A DNA stretch of 63,993 nucleotides, counting the filler, from Trichomonas gallinae (lineage: Eukaryota), in NCBI GenBank assembly GCA_008369845.1. It is 6 parts of 6 records of this genome, joined end to end, with 100 filler letters (N's around TTAATTAATTAA, not from the genome) between each part and the next. Parts side by side here need not be neighbours in the genome. Positions count along the whole stretch, not along the records: positions 17,861 to 34,121 come from MRSU01000277.1; positions 34,222 to 51,248 come from MRSU01000278.1; 4 more parts are not named here. The stretch is one strand, 5' to 3'. This document shows, in pieces, positions 30,608 to 41,540 of the stretch. Under the pieces are notes generated by a model. It saw nothing but the letters and a program-made list of their open reading frames with translations. It had not been told where the DNA came from and ran no database searches. Every line of letters starts with the position of its first letter. Position 1 is the stretch's first letter. The position numbers and the translations under genes are program-made.

Positions 30608-33600
30608 TTAAGCTATGTGGCTTACAAAGAATTGTATTATCTGCGTGAGTCTAACAAGTGCGTTGAGGAGATGAGGCAGTTGTATGTTTTTAGCTGCTGT
30701 CTCCAGAGAAGTGCAAACGTCGATCATTGTCGTAGGGAAAGTTAAAGCGAAATTCTCTTGGTTTTCGTCAACTGCTTTCTTCGCGATGCTGACTTTATTG
30801 AAAAAGTCGTTGAGCGCATTAACAGAGTTGTGCATCTTCATGTATTCCGTCTGCATTACAGCGAGAATGCTTTGTGGATTGCTCTGCATGCTGCTTTGCA
30901 CATTTTCTTGGCCAAGAGCGTTTATAACTTGTGACAGAGACTTTTTGATCTCGGAATTAGACATATACTCTACTGCATAGCTCGGACTTGTGACTGTGTC
31001 AACGTAAGAGTTGACTCTTGATGTAAGTTCAGCGACTGAGAGCTTTGAGACATCTTTTTCAGTGTCAATTGATGGATCAATTTTCACGGCCTCTTTTCGG
31101 AGAGTCACGTGAATCATTTCTAATGTTTGCCTCAATGTTGAAAGGTCGGACTTCTTGATTGATGTGAAGGATTCATCGAATTTCGCGTTATCTTGTACAA
31201 CACTCAACATATCTGTGATTAAGTTAAGTAGGGTAGATATGTCACCTTCTATTACTTCTTTGTGAGTTATCGCGCAAAGACGTGCATAGATGATTCGAGT
31301 TTGGAACAAACAATCGTTGATTTTAGAGTCCATCGTTACTATCTGTGCTTTATATGGATCTTCAACTTTGTGTATTGACTCGATAACGAAGTCGCAGAGT
31401 TCGTCGAAGTTTTCAGGTGGATTTTCAACTTTTAATTCGTCGTTGATTCTTTGTGTCAAAATCTTGTATTTCTGCTTGTAAATTTCGGCAACGTTCTTCC
31501 TATCTTCCGCTGCTGCAACCATTGCGTCTAGAATTGGTTGAACGGACGAAGACTGTTCAATTAAAAGCTGTAACAGATCGGCGACATTTTGATCATATTT
31601 GTTCTTTATCAAAGAAATTCTTGTTGATGTGTTGTCTTTTGTTGCTGAAGAGAGAATTTCTGATATAATTCTGAGGTTCTTGTCGACTCCTTTTGAGAAT
31701 GCTTCGTGTTCTTTCATTGATTTAACAAGTTCATCACTTAAATCTTTAATTCTATTAGTTGTCAACTTCAATATTTCGTTTTCCTCTTTATAATCTATTT
31801 TGTTAGTTTCACTAAATTCTTTGAGACCTGCTTTGTATTGCGAAATTTTTTCTTCGAGAGTTTTGATGCTTTCGTCTTTGGAATTTATGTGATTTTTAAT
31901 ATTCTCGACAACTTTATCTGTTTCTTTTGTGTTTAAGTTGAAAAGCGAGCAAATATCATCACGGAATTTGTCGAATGTTTGTGAAATTGATTTTAGTTTT
32001 GAGTTTTCGGAAAGAAGATCTTTGATTTCTTTTGCTATGTTTTTGAGAACAGAAATTGTTGATTCATCTTTGTCTTCTATGACAGTAGAATCGTTTGAAT
32101 GAAGAGTTCCTAGTATAGAATATAATATTTCATGCAGAGAATTTCTGAGTTCAATTGGATCTCCTGGATTTGTCATCACATTTATTTTCGCCTGCAAAGT
32201 GCAGATGTCGTTGTTTAACTTTGAGTTGTTTATGTCTGACTCTTTGCTCTTTAATTGCTCATCTATCAAAGTTTTCTGCTTCTCTTCAAGCGTCTGTTGC
32301 AAAAAGCCAACCCTCTGCTCTAAAAACGTTTTCTTTTGCGTGTATAAAACAACGTCTTCCTTCATTTGCGATTTTAGCTCTTGATTCTTCTCTTGGAGCT
32401 CTTTTATCTGGTTGAATGCGTCGATGACAGGGATCTGCAGTGAATCCAGCGTTTGCCATGGGCTCTCTGTCTCATCTATGTCTCCAACAAAAGGTTCAAC
32501 TGTTTTGATGAAGTTATGTATACTTTTTGTCATCAGGTCGAAATTCATGTGTTTCTTCCTTTCTGCGCTCGCGTTCTCCATCGCTGTGATCTCCGATAGA
32601 CTCGGGGCAGGCGCCACTCTGCTAGAAATGGCTCCTGAATCGAGAGGCTTGATTACAGCGAAAGGCACAGAAAGTTTTGCGATTGCTGAGTCGAGAAGTT
32701 TTTGAAGATCATCTTTCGTGTTGTTTATCTCCCTCATTTGGTCTGGAAAGATGAAAGCACTCTTCAGTGAGTCAATGATTGAGCTGCAGTTTGACGTTAT
32801 CATGTTTTTGATCCTCATAAGTGTAACCGTGGGAATTCCTGCGTGAATGAATTCGTTCGAGAATCCGCCGAGAATTATTTTCTTAAAAGATTGAACATCG
32901 TTGGCATAGGATGATAAAAGATCAGTTTCGAAGTGTGGAAAAGCTTGCTGATAAAACAAAGCATCTACGTGACTTGAAAGTTTCTCTTCTAAGATTAAAA
33001 TACTGCTGATACATGAATCAAGAGATTGACTCGGACTTTTTCTTTGCTCATTTGATTTCTGAATAAACATCAGATTTGTCTTTATGCCATTGAACTTGCT
33101 GACGATTTCTGCAGCATGTGGAGGAGGGTGAGATTCGGTATATGCTTCTATTATCTTTTTAGTGTCATCCCAGCTGAGTTGGAATGTTTGTATTGGTATT
33201 CTACATGAAGCGGAGCTGATTACTTGGTTAGCTTTCGCCGATTGTTGAATTTTGTAATATTGTGTGAAGTAATGCATGCCAGAACGGTAAAATATCTCGA
33301 AAGAAGTGGTTAAATCGTCGATAATTGGGGATAATCTCTGTTGAATTTCAGGTGTTGCTTCGTTATCTTTTATTAATTTGGAATTTAGGCCGATAAGCTT
33401 TTTCATTTCTTGTTTTATTTGCATCATTAAACCAATATCTGCAGTATACGCGACTGTTCCAAACTTTTTCAGTTCAGATTCTTCATAAGATAATTTATTC
33501 GTCGTAATTTTGCTTCCTGTTATAGGCGGAAGCACTGGGTCACCCTGGCTCCTGATGGACATCGATGACCGCGCAGATAAAAGTTTGGGTGTGGCCAGAC

Positions 33601-33622
33601 TTCGAGGGGGTGAAAGCAGCAT
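30608..33622 (-). CDS. Hypothetical helical/coiled-coil protein (1004 aa)
   Basis: Long ORF with central coiled coils; AAAAGTGAC just upstream on the coding strand. Confidence 0.8.
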   Translation of the reverse strand: MLLSPPRSLATPKLLSARSSMSIRSQGDPVLPPITGSKITTNKLSYEESELKKFGTVAYTADIGLMMQIKQEMKKLIGLNSKLIKDNEATPEIQQRLSPIIDDLTTSFEIFYRSGMHYFTQYYKIQQSAKANQVISSASCRIPIQTFQLSWDDTKKIIEAYTESHPPPHAAEIVSKFNGIKTNLMFIQKSNEQRKSPSQSLDSCISSILILEEKLSSHVDALFYQQAFPHFETDLLSSYANDVQSFKKIILGGFSNEFIHAGIPTVTLMRIKNMITSNCSSIIDSLKSAFIFPDQMREINNTKDDLQKLLDSAIAKLSVPFAVIKPLDSGAISSRVAPAPSLSEITAMENASAERKKHMNFDLMTKSIHNFIKTVEPFVGDIDETESPWQTLDSLQIPVIDAFNQIKELQEKNQELKSQMKEDVVLYTQKKTFLEQRVGFLQQTLEEKQKTLIDEQLKSKESDINNSKLNNDICTLQAKINVMTNPGDPIELRNSLHEILYSILGTLHSNDSTVIEDKDESTISVLKNIAKEIKDLLSENSKLKSISQTFDKFRDDICSLFNLNTKETDKVVENIKNHINSKDESIKTLEEKISQYKAGLKEFSETNKIDYKEENEILKLTTNRIKDLSDELVKSMKEHEAFSKGVDKNLRIISEILSSATKDNTSTRISLIKNKYDQNVADLLQLLIEQSSSVQPILDAMVAAAEDRKNVAEIYKQKYKILTQRINDELKVENPPENFDELCDFVIESIHKVEDPYKAQIVTMDSKINDCLFQTRIIYARLCAITHKEVIEGDISTLLNLITDMLSVVQDNAKFDESFTSIKKSDLSTLRQTLEMIHVTLRKEAVKIDPSIDTEKDVSKLSVAELTSRVNSYVDTVTSPSYAVEYMSNSEIKKSLSQVINALGQENVQSSMQSNPQSILAVMQTEYMKMHNSVNALNDFFNKVSIAKKAVDENQENFALTFPTTMIDVCTSLETAAKNIQLPHLLNALVRLTQIIQFFVSHIA

Positions 33623-34121
33623 TTAACGTACAAAAATTTTCGTCACTTTTCTTGACAGTTTTTGTTTACAAAAAAATTGAGCAACTCATTTCTGGGCCAA
33701 AATTCTCATTGTGTAGTGTTAAACTATGTCAAATGAGCCATTTTTATGAATCTGCTATTAAATTTCACATATTTTTTTCTATCTCTGACGTAAAATGCGA
33801 TTTTCATTACAAGAAACATTGAAAATTGCGTTAATATATATGTACGGAAATGTATGTTACATCTATCACAATAAGTTTGTTTTCATTTAATTTGATTTTA
33901 TAAAATATAGAAACTATATATGAAAATAGTCATATTGGCCGTAAAAACAAGGAATTTTAAAAATCTGACACTCCGTCAAAATCACAAAAACTGTACTTTA
34001 GCGAGCGGATAGCATTTATATTATACATATTTCGTACGAAAAAATGTACTTCAACTGAAAATACGTTATTTTAGAACCCTAAAAATTTGGTCTCGGCGTG
34101 ATACATACGCTTCTTTTATGC

Positions 34122-34221
34122 NNNNNNNNNNNNNNNNNNNNNNNNNNNNNNNNNNNNNNNNNNNNTTAATTAATTAANNNNNNNNNNNNNNNNNNNNNNN
34201 NNNNNNNNNNNNNNNNNNNNN
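34122..34221. other. Artificial contig spacer
   Basis: N44-TTAATTAATTAA-N44, followed by a long poly(A) run at the contig edge. Confidence 0.97.
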
Positions 34222-34261
<40 letters not shown>

Positions 34262-34554
34262 AATTGAATCTCATTATACTCAAGAATATGAATAGATTAA
34301 AATATATTATGTTCTGTGTTTACCAGTGGACTATATATATATGTGCTCAGATCGAATCTAACACATTCCTAACTTGTGATATCTTGGAATTTCTAATTTT
34401 TTTTTTGATGAGAGAATAACTTGTTTGAGCACTATTGACTAGTTTTTAATGAAGAAAAAAAGTTAGTTATGTAGTATAAACTCTAATCTATAAATAAAAA
34501 TGCTCTTTAATTCTCTAAAGTTTCCTCAAACATTTGGTAATAAATAAAAAAAAC

Positions 34555-37500
34555 TTACATCACTGGATCAACTTCATCAGCAGCTTGTTGCAGTCTCATG
34601 TTGATATTATCCATTCCTCCTGGCACATCAGCGACAGCCTGCTCAACGAGTGGCGGAATCTTATCATTGAGCGCTGCGAGATTGTTGAATAAAGTGCAGA
34701 CGGAAATGAATGTTTCTGGAGAAAGGTTGAGGAGCAAGAAAGAGCTGTCATCCAATGCCAATGTCTTACCAAGTACTATAGCAATGTCAGTGCCATACGG
34801 TCCATACAATTGTGGGAATTCGCCGCAGTTCGCTGTCAAATAACGATATATTGTGTTTGACTCGCCGTCAGAAATAACTGGGAACAGCTTCCAAATTATT
34901 GGAAGGAAAGTTTGAGCGTCGAAATCCGGACCGCAAATATGGGCCTGGATAACTAACAGCAATGAAACAGCAGCAGATTGAGTATCGTTATAGAACATCT
35001 CGCCGTTGTCTTCGCCTGTCAATATCTGGTGCAGCAGCTCCAAAAGTTTCGGCGCATATTTCGCCATGCCTTGAGGCTCAACTTCGACAGCTCTTCTTAT
35101 CGCAGCGATGTTTTGGACTGGAAACTCGTACTCAACATTTAACTCTAAGGAGTTTGCGATTAACTCCATGATCTTCTTCTTAATCAACAACTCAATCTGT
35201 TCGTGAGCGCTGTAGAAGAAACTTGAGAGAGCGTAAATGTAGTCGATCTTCTCGTAATTGTTTGCCTCCTCCAAGATACTCTGCAGGTTCTGGTAGTACT
35301 GGTAATGAGGGAAGCACTGGGGCAGCATCATGCCAATAGCTGAGAAATAGTTGGAGAGGGCTTCGCCGATTAATGAGTCGTAGTTTGAAATGTCTTCGTC
35401 TTCTTGGAAAGATAATTCGTGCTTCATTCCTTGTAATGCTGCGTCTGTTGTCGCCTCCAAGACTGCAGTGACATCTATTTGGTCGTGGATTGCGTTTGAT
35501 ATGCTGCTGAGGAGTTTGCAGAAAATTTCGCGAGAATCTAATGCAATAGGAAGGATTTCTGCATAGAAATCAGGCAAATCCTTGCCAATTAGGAAGTGCA
35601 GAGTGTTTCCGAGACTGACTGCTTTGGTTAAAACTGAATCGTTATTCTGAGATTTTTCTAAAATTCTTGTAATTGCAGAATTGAGCTGTTGATAGACTGG
35701 CTCAACGAGATACTCGTAATAATTCGCAACACGCTTGCAGAGAAGAAGAGCTGCGAAGACATATCTGTTGATTAAAGTATTTTCATCTTCTTCGTCGACG
35801 CTGTCCTTGTATTCGAACTCAGTGTTCAATACACCGATTGCTACTTGGAATGCAACGTTTACTTGCTCAGCATAACCATCGAGATGAGGAATTGCGGTTG
35901 AAAATGCGTCAAATGCGCTTAAAACAAGTGATGTATCTTGGGATTGAACATTTTCGACGAAAAGTTGGATGAATTGGTCCTTTTCATCAATATATCTGAC
36001 TAAATTTGCAATAGAGGAAATTGCTTCTGCTTTGATTGGAATATCTTCAACATTGTCTAATCCAGCAGCTGTTGAAAGGATTTCGAGGATCTGTTGAGCA
36101 AATGGAAGAATTTGCGAAGTAGCTGAGAAAATAAGGCTTCCAAATGCTTCTATGACTGTCTGTAAAAGTCCCTTGTTTGATGTAGCTGTAAGTGCTGCTA
36201 AAATCTCAACGCTTTGCTGAATAAATTCCGGATTCAGTTTTGTTGCGCCGAATAACATGTCTAAACATGCTACAGATCTGATCTGTAGTGATGGAATCTC
36301 CTCCTCTTGAACGTAAGTCGTTATCAAGCCAAAAACAGTTGATTGAGCTGAATCGTAATTTCTGTTAACGTGATGGAACATTTCAGTTAGTAATTCGAAA
36401 GCAGCTTCTATGACACAAACGGTTACAACAGCATTTTCACCCTGGAATTGCAACATTTCAACAGCGAAATTCAAAATCGGGAGAACTTTGTTTGAAACAA
36501 CTTCGTATCCTTCTGCGCAGATCTCTGTGAGTCCGGTTGCATAAATAATTAGGTATGGTTCCGTGAGATTTTCGGCAGATGCGATTGCATTCAGGATTGT
36601 ATCGAGAAGCTGAGCTTTTGAGCATGTTTTACAGAGGATCTGGATTGGATCAGCGAAAATGGTGAGATATTCTTGGTCATCGAGCAGATTTTCGTCGATT
36701 GATGAAACTCCGAAATTAATAACAACATTTAAGAAGTCTCCAGCCATTTCTCTAATACTCTGATCCTGAGACAGCAAAACAGAAGCGAGTTTAATTGGAT
36801 GCTGACGCATATTCACAGAAAGAGACTCATCATTTGCAATTCCCAAGAAAATCGTGTAATATTCGCCCATTTCTTCGAACGGATACTCTGTCATGAAAAT
36901 AGACTCGAGCTCGTCCGCAATTCTAGCAACTAAATTCGACTCTGTGTGGATAATTTGCGAGAAGACTTCGATTAAATTTAAAAGTGGCTGTTTTAACTCG
37001 CTGTCGAGCTCTGGGCAGAATGCGAAGCAGAGGTACAATATATGCGCAGCTGGTTCGAGGATATTTTCGTCATTTGTTGAAAAACAGCCTTGAATTAAAG
37101 GTAAAATATGCGCATAAAATTCTGCTGCGTTCTCTTCAGGAACACAGGCGAGTAATGGAATGCAGATGTATAATCCACGGCTAATACAGTCTGGAGTTTG
37201 TGTATTTATCAAGTTTGCAGCGAGTTCGAAAAATTCACCGCAATTTGTAGGAATTGATGTCATAATCGGTTCAATAGCGCGAGATAGATGCTTTGTAAGA
37301 TTGATATCAGTCGTATTTATCAACATTGCTAATAATCTTTGTTTCACTTCGTCAAAACCTGTTTGTTGGAGAAATTCGATATTATATTTGAGAATAGATT
37401 TCAATGTAAGTGCAATTACTTGCCTAAACAAAGCAGTATTTTCCGATTTTGTTTGTTCCTCGTAAATCTCAAAGGCAGCGCCTATAGATTCCGGCGTGTG

Positions 37501-37596
37501 GATAAACTCATAGAGGCTCTGGTTTGCTTGAGTAAGTTCTTCTGGATTTGTAGACTTGTTTGACGCATAAATAAGCGATTTTAACACCTCGGCCAT
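34555..37596 (-). CDS. Importin-beta/karyopherin family HEAT-repeat protein (importin-4-like)
   Basis: About 1000 aa, acidic and all-helical; IBN_N-like start (LTQANQSLYEF...RQVIALTLKSILK...EVKQRLLAML). Confidence 0.75.
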   Translation of the reverse strand: MAEVLKSLIYASNKSTNPEELTQANQSLYEFIHTPESIGAAFEIYEEQTKSENTALFRQVIALTLKSILKYNIEFLQQTGFDEVKQRLLAMLINTTDINLTKHLSRAIEPIMTSIPTNCGEFFELAANLINTQTPDCISRGLYICIPLLACVPEENAAEFYAHILPLIQGCFSTNDENILEPAAHILYLCFAFCPELDSELKQPLLNLIEVFSQIIHTESNLVARIADELESIFMTEYPFEEMGEYYTIFLGIANDESLSVNMRQHPIKLASVLLSQDQSIREMAGDFLNVVINFGVSSIDENLLDDQEYLTIFADPIQILCKTCSKAQLLDTILNAIASAENLTEPYLIIYATGLTEICAEGYEVVSNKVLPILNFAVEMLQFQGENAVVTVCVIEAAFELLTEMFHHVNRNYDSAQSTVFGLITTYVQEEEIPSLQIRSVACLDMLFGATKLNPEFIQQSVEILAALTATSNKGLLQTVIEAFGSLIFSATSQILPFAQQILEILSTAAGLDNVEDIPIKAEAISSIANLVRYIDEKDQFIQLFVENVQSQDTSLVLSAFDAFSTAIPHLDGYAEQVNVAFQVAIGVLNTEFEYKDSVDEEDENTLINRYVFAALLLCKRVANYYEYLVEPVYQQLNSAITRILEKSQNNDSVLTKAVSLGNTLHFLIGKDLPDFYAEILPIALDSREIFCKLLSSISNAIHDQIDVTAVLEATTDAALQGMKHELSFQEDEDISNYDSLIGEALSNYFSAIGMMLPQCFPHYQYYQNLQSILEEANNYEKIDYIYALSSFFYSAHEQIELLIKKKIMELIANSLELNVEYEFPVQNIAAIRRAVEVEPQGMAKYAPKLLELLHQILTGEDNGEMFYNDTQSAAVSLLLVIQAHICGPDFDAQTFLPIIWKLFPVISDGESNTIYRYLTANCGEFPQLYGPYGTDIAIVLGKTLALDDSSFLLLNLSPETFISVCTLFNNLAALNDKIPPLVEQAVADVPGGMDNINMRLQQAADEVDPVM

Positions 37597-37736
37597 AATT
37601 TTGACAAAATTTTGTCCAAAATTTGGTGATTTCCCGTGTCTATATACTATAAGAAATCTAAATATTAAGTCAAAAAGGGTTTATGTCTAATGTCACTTTT
37701 TTGTCACGTTTTATGAAAAATTTTTAAATTTTAAAA

Positions 37737-38519
37737 GTGGAAGCTAAGTGTTGTGGTTGCAAAGAAGTCAAGCCAGTATATACATTAAGGTATACTGTTG
37801 CTAAGTGTGCTGAATGTCAGTGCAATCAGGCTGGAATTTCGTTCATGAATTTGTTCAAAAAAGCTATTACTAAAATTACTCCACCAGTTCATGTTTTAGT
37901 GGCTGTTTCTGGTGGACCAAGTTCTACATTTGCTTTTAATACTCTTACAACGAGAATTGACGTTACAAGGACGAGCAAAACATCATTTGTTAAAAAGATT
38001 GAAGCTATATCAACAGAAGACTTACCAATTCCAAACCTCCATCGTATAGAGAAGTTTACAGTTAAGAATGTCGCTGATTATGCACGTGAACATGGATTCA
38101 ATTGCGTTGTTTTAGGTGATAATACAGATTTCATCACATTGAAGTCCCTTGGTTGCTTATCACAGGGTCGTCCAGATCTTTTTTACTGGATTTCAACTGA
38201 TGATTTTGAAAATTATCCAGGAGTTGCTGTTTTGCGTCCTGCACGTCAGCTCTTAACAGCAGAAACAGAATTTGTTTGCAATTACCGTAAATTACCATTT
38301 TCTAAAGAATTATCGAAATTGCAGAAAGCTTTCGCTGTTGAACAGAAAATGTTGCAAACAGTCTTAGCTGATGGCAATGACGCTACTACTTTTGCTGTTC
38401 AGAAAATGGCCGAAAAACTTCCAACTGCTCCACTTCCTTTCAAATGCCCTTCATGCGGTCTACCTTCTGACAAGGAAAACGAGCCATGTGAAGTCTGCGC
38501 TGCTGAAAACAAAGCATAG
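37737..38519 (+). CDS. CTU2: Cytoplasmic tRNA 2-thiolation protein 2 (Ncs2/CTU2)-like
   Basis: N-terminal CCGC and CAEC, degenerate PP-loop VAVSGGPSS, VVLGDN, LSQGR, LRP, C-terminal CPSC..CEVC. The start codon is GTG (see findings). Confidence 0.75.
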   Translation: MEAKCCGCKEVKPVYTLRYTVAKCAECQCNQAGISFMNLFKKAITKITPPVHVLVAVSGGPSSTFAFNTLTTRIDVTRTSKTSFVKKIEAISTEDLPIPNLHRIEKFTVKNVADYAREHGFNCVVLGDNTDFITLKSLGCLSQGRPDLFYWISTDDFENYPGVAVLRPARQLLTAETEFVCNYRKLPFSKELSKLQKAFAVEQKMLQTVLADGNDATTFAVQKMAEKLPTAPLPFKCPSCGLPSDKENEPCEVCAAENKA

Positions 38520-39379
38520 AGATTTATCAAATAGTAATGTTATTCTATAGATTGTTCTAAGTTCATAAAAACCATGGTTGATTTTTTCACTCCTTAATAT
38601 TAGTCATCACAGCTTCTTATTTTATTCAAAATTATTATTGTATGTGAATCACAACAAAATCAATTATCATATAGCTATAAAATCCTATCACCAACAATTC
38701 TGAATATGCAAAAGATTGTTTTTTATATGCGTTTTTTTATTGAAACAAAAATAAAGCTACAATCAACAAGTTCTCGAGTGAAAAATGTTCTATGTATAAA
38801 GTAGTATTGTTTAGCTTATTTACATTAAATCAATATTTTAAATTTTTATCAAATATGAAAAATTTATAAAAATTTATTGATATTTTATGTTTTTCAACTT
38901 TTTTAAAAAAATGGGATCTTTTGTTTTTTTGGACTTACTTCCTCAGGTAATAAATGCACATATAGGCATACATTATATTTCACTATATTAAACCAAATCA
39001 ATTGGTTGAAGGTTTGTTTTAAATTTGTTTTCTATCGGAGATTGTTCGAAAACTTTATAAAATGGCCATATAGCTCTAATTCATCAAATGCGTATGACAG
39101 TATACCGATGACCACCACTCATTTTAATTTGAAAATGAACAAGCAATCAATTTTAACAGCATTCAAAATTCACGAACGAAATTTAAGTTGATGAATAGGC
39201 TTTACACATATGGTTATTAGGTAAATCTTTAATATCAGTAGTTTTGATTATGATTTTTTATCCGATCGTAAAGTTTATTAGTAAAAAGTGAAAATAATAT
39301 CATAATGTATCTAAAAACGAAAATTAGCCAAAATTGAATTAAATCAAATTTGAATGCATTGAAATTAAAAATCATAAAA

Positions 39380-39811
39380 ATGTTTGCAGTTCCATCAATC
39401 AGCGACATTTCTTTCCAGGTCAAGAACATCAAGAAGCCCGTTAAGTTCTTGACCAATTACACAACAGAGGATATCAACAAGCGCATTGATAAAATTGGTG
39501 TTCATCTTTCCATTGTTCATTACTTCTTAATTGACTACTTAGGTGCTGGATTTACTAATATCGAGCTCATACAGCTTGCACAAATCGTTTCTCAGAAACT
39601 TGGAATTTATCTCGACAGAATGGCAAAGAGAAACAAAAACGCATTACTCTGCTGGTTTGCTGAGAACTGGGTTGCTATTTACCCATGCTTACAGAAGCTT
39701 CCTCCCCCACAGACAAAAAAACCAGAAATCAAATTCGAAATTTCTGCTTTAAAGCAACAGAAATCAGTATTTGATCCAACAGACATTCTCCAACTCCTTA
39801 ATCGCCATTAA
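39380..39811 (+). CDS. Small parabasalid-family protein (143 aa) with 'LDR.AKRNK..LLCWF.ENW' motif
   Basis: ATG at 39380 with Inr TCATA at 39372. The helical motif is one I recall from expanded trichomonad hypothetical families; function unknown. Confidence 0.7.
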   Translation: MFAVPSISDISFQVKNIKKPVKFLTNYTTEDINKRIDKIGVHLSIVHYFLIDYLGAGFTNIELIQLAQIVSQKLGIYLDRMAKRNKNALLCWFAENWVAIYPCLQKLPPPQTKKPEIKFEISALKQQKSVFDPTDILQLLNRH

Positions 39812-39929
39812 TTTTTCTTTTGTTTGTAAATATATTTTTCTATCCCTTAATTTCAAACTACTTATTACTAACATATAGCTTTGTATATACATACAAAACA
39901 AAAACGCAGCTCTAGAAACTGCAATTTTC

Positions 39930-40763
39930 TTAATCATCTTCAACAAGTTCAATATTCATTGGTTTTTTCCTATTATTTTCGTATTCATCCGGTTTGCTTA
40001 TAATGTCTTCATCAAGATAAAGCCATTTAAGCATCCAATCAATCATATCTTGAGTAACACAAACCATCATGAATGTTGGATCCTTTAATGATTTAAGCCA
40101 CAAGAAGGGACCACGAGAGAATATCGTAAATGATGTCGCAATTTCAAACGTGCATGAAAAAATCAATAAGAAAATTTCAATAATAAAGAATGTACGTGCC
40201 AGATTAATCTTCCAATACAAAGTACCGGAAAAGTCATTGTTTGCTACTTCATTCATGAAGAATAATGCAGGAAAAGAAATCAAAGATAAAACAAAAATTA
40301 AGAATATTACTTGGTAAACACATTTTGCAATAGTCATCGATCTAATATCATTTTGTAGTGATGTGAAATAATCAATTACTTGAGAACTTATTAATGAAAC
40401 AACGAAAGGTAATGTTAAATAGATCCAATTGCGCTTAATGAAAGTTGTTTCTGGACTAGAGTAACAAACGAAGTCTTGAAGTGACATTACAAGAAACTCA
40501 AGCGAAATTGTTAATAGAATATGGCTGAAATAAGGACTTAAAACAAAGAATTGTCCTAATCGAGCAGCTGATCGAACATTTAAGATTACATTGAATATGC
40601 AATGAGCGGTAAAGAAGAATCTGAAGCAGAATCGACTCCAATACTTAAATATTGAAAGTTTTCCTCGCTTGAAGCATGTCATTACGAGTCTAATGAAGGA
40701 ATAGGCAACTAATATCGATGCAAAAATAAGAGGAATATCTTCTGTTAACACTGTAATGCCCAT
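39930..40763 (-). CDS. Multi-pass (~7 TM) membrane protein
   Basis: About seven hydrophobic segments and a short acidic C-tail; ATG at 40763. Confidence 0.75.
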   Translation of the reverse strand: MGITVLTEDIPLIFASILVAYSFIRLVMTCFKRGKLSIFKYWSRFCFRFFFTAHCIFNVILNVRSAARLGQFFVLSPYFSHILLTISLEFLVMSLQDFVCYSSPETTFIKRNWIYLTLPFVVSLISSQVIDYFTSLQNDIRSMTIAKCVYQVIFLIFVLSLISFPALFFMNEVANNDFSGTLYWKINLARTFFIIEIFLLIFSCTFEIATSFTIFSRGPFLWLKSLKDPTFMMVCVTQDMIDWMLKWLYLDEDIISKPDEYENNRKKPMNIELVEDD

Positions 40764-41540
40764 CAATCAAAAAATGTCAATTTACATGTCAAAATATCAC
40801 AAATCTGACATATAAAGTGGCATTATTTCTTTTTTCGTTTCATCAATTTGGGAAAGCTATGAGCATTATATAAGATTAATAACTCATGTAAATTAATCTA
40901 TCAAAGATGTATCATTTTCATAACAAGAAGCATGATTAAAAACGGTTGCTCAAAATGATTTCGTATTTCATTATTCAATTTTCATCCTGTAACTCATGCA
41001 TTATTTACTATCTCATTCTTTTAAATACATTTCAATGATAGTTTTTCTTCATTGTACATAAATATTTGATTGCGATATATTTCGATTTAATATCCATTTG
41101 TTTTATTATCATAAAACAATTGTAAACATTATCTTGCTGAAATCTTTGATAATTTGCTTTTTTTAAAATAATTGCGAGCTATTTTCCTAAACAATAGTAA
41201 ATATAATGAAGAGTGATATCAAAATATATTATATTGTGCTACATATATGATTAGGCAGAGTTACAGACCCATATAACCAATAGAAAAGCAAATTAAAATA
41301 TGATGACAACACAATTTCCATGAATTTCCGAACTTTCTATTTGCCAAATGATTGGTGTATATATAAGCAACCTATATATCGCATAATCATTCATCGCTGA
41401 ACTCAGCGAAAAATTTAATTTCGCTAATTCCACGTAATATAGGATGCTGATATTGTATAAAACCCCAAAAATGTTAAAAAATGATGCATCAATTTACACT
41501 AGGTGATATAAAAAGTGGTTATTGACAAATTTCAAATCAG

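Noticed and set aside
39867..39878. ACTAACATATAG resembling the trichomonad branch-point/3' splice motif
   Set aside because: It lies downstream of the stop codon, with no convincing 5' splice site or downstream exon.
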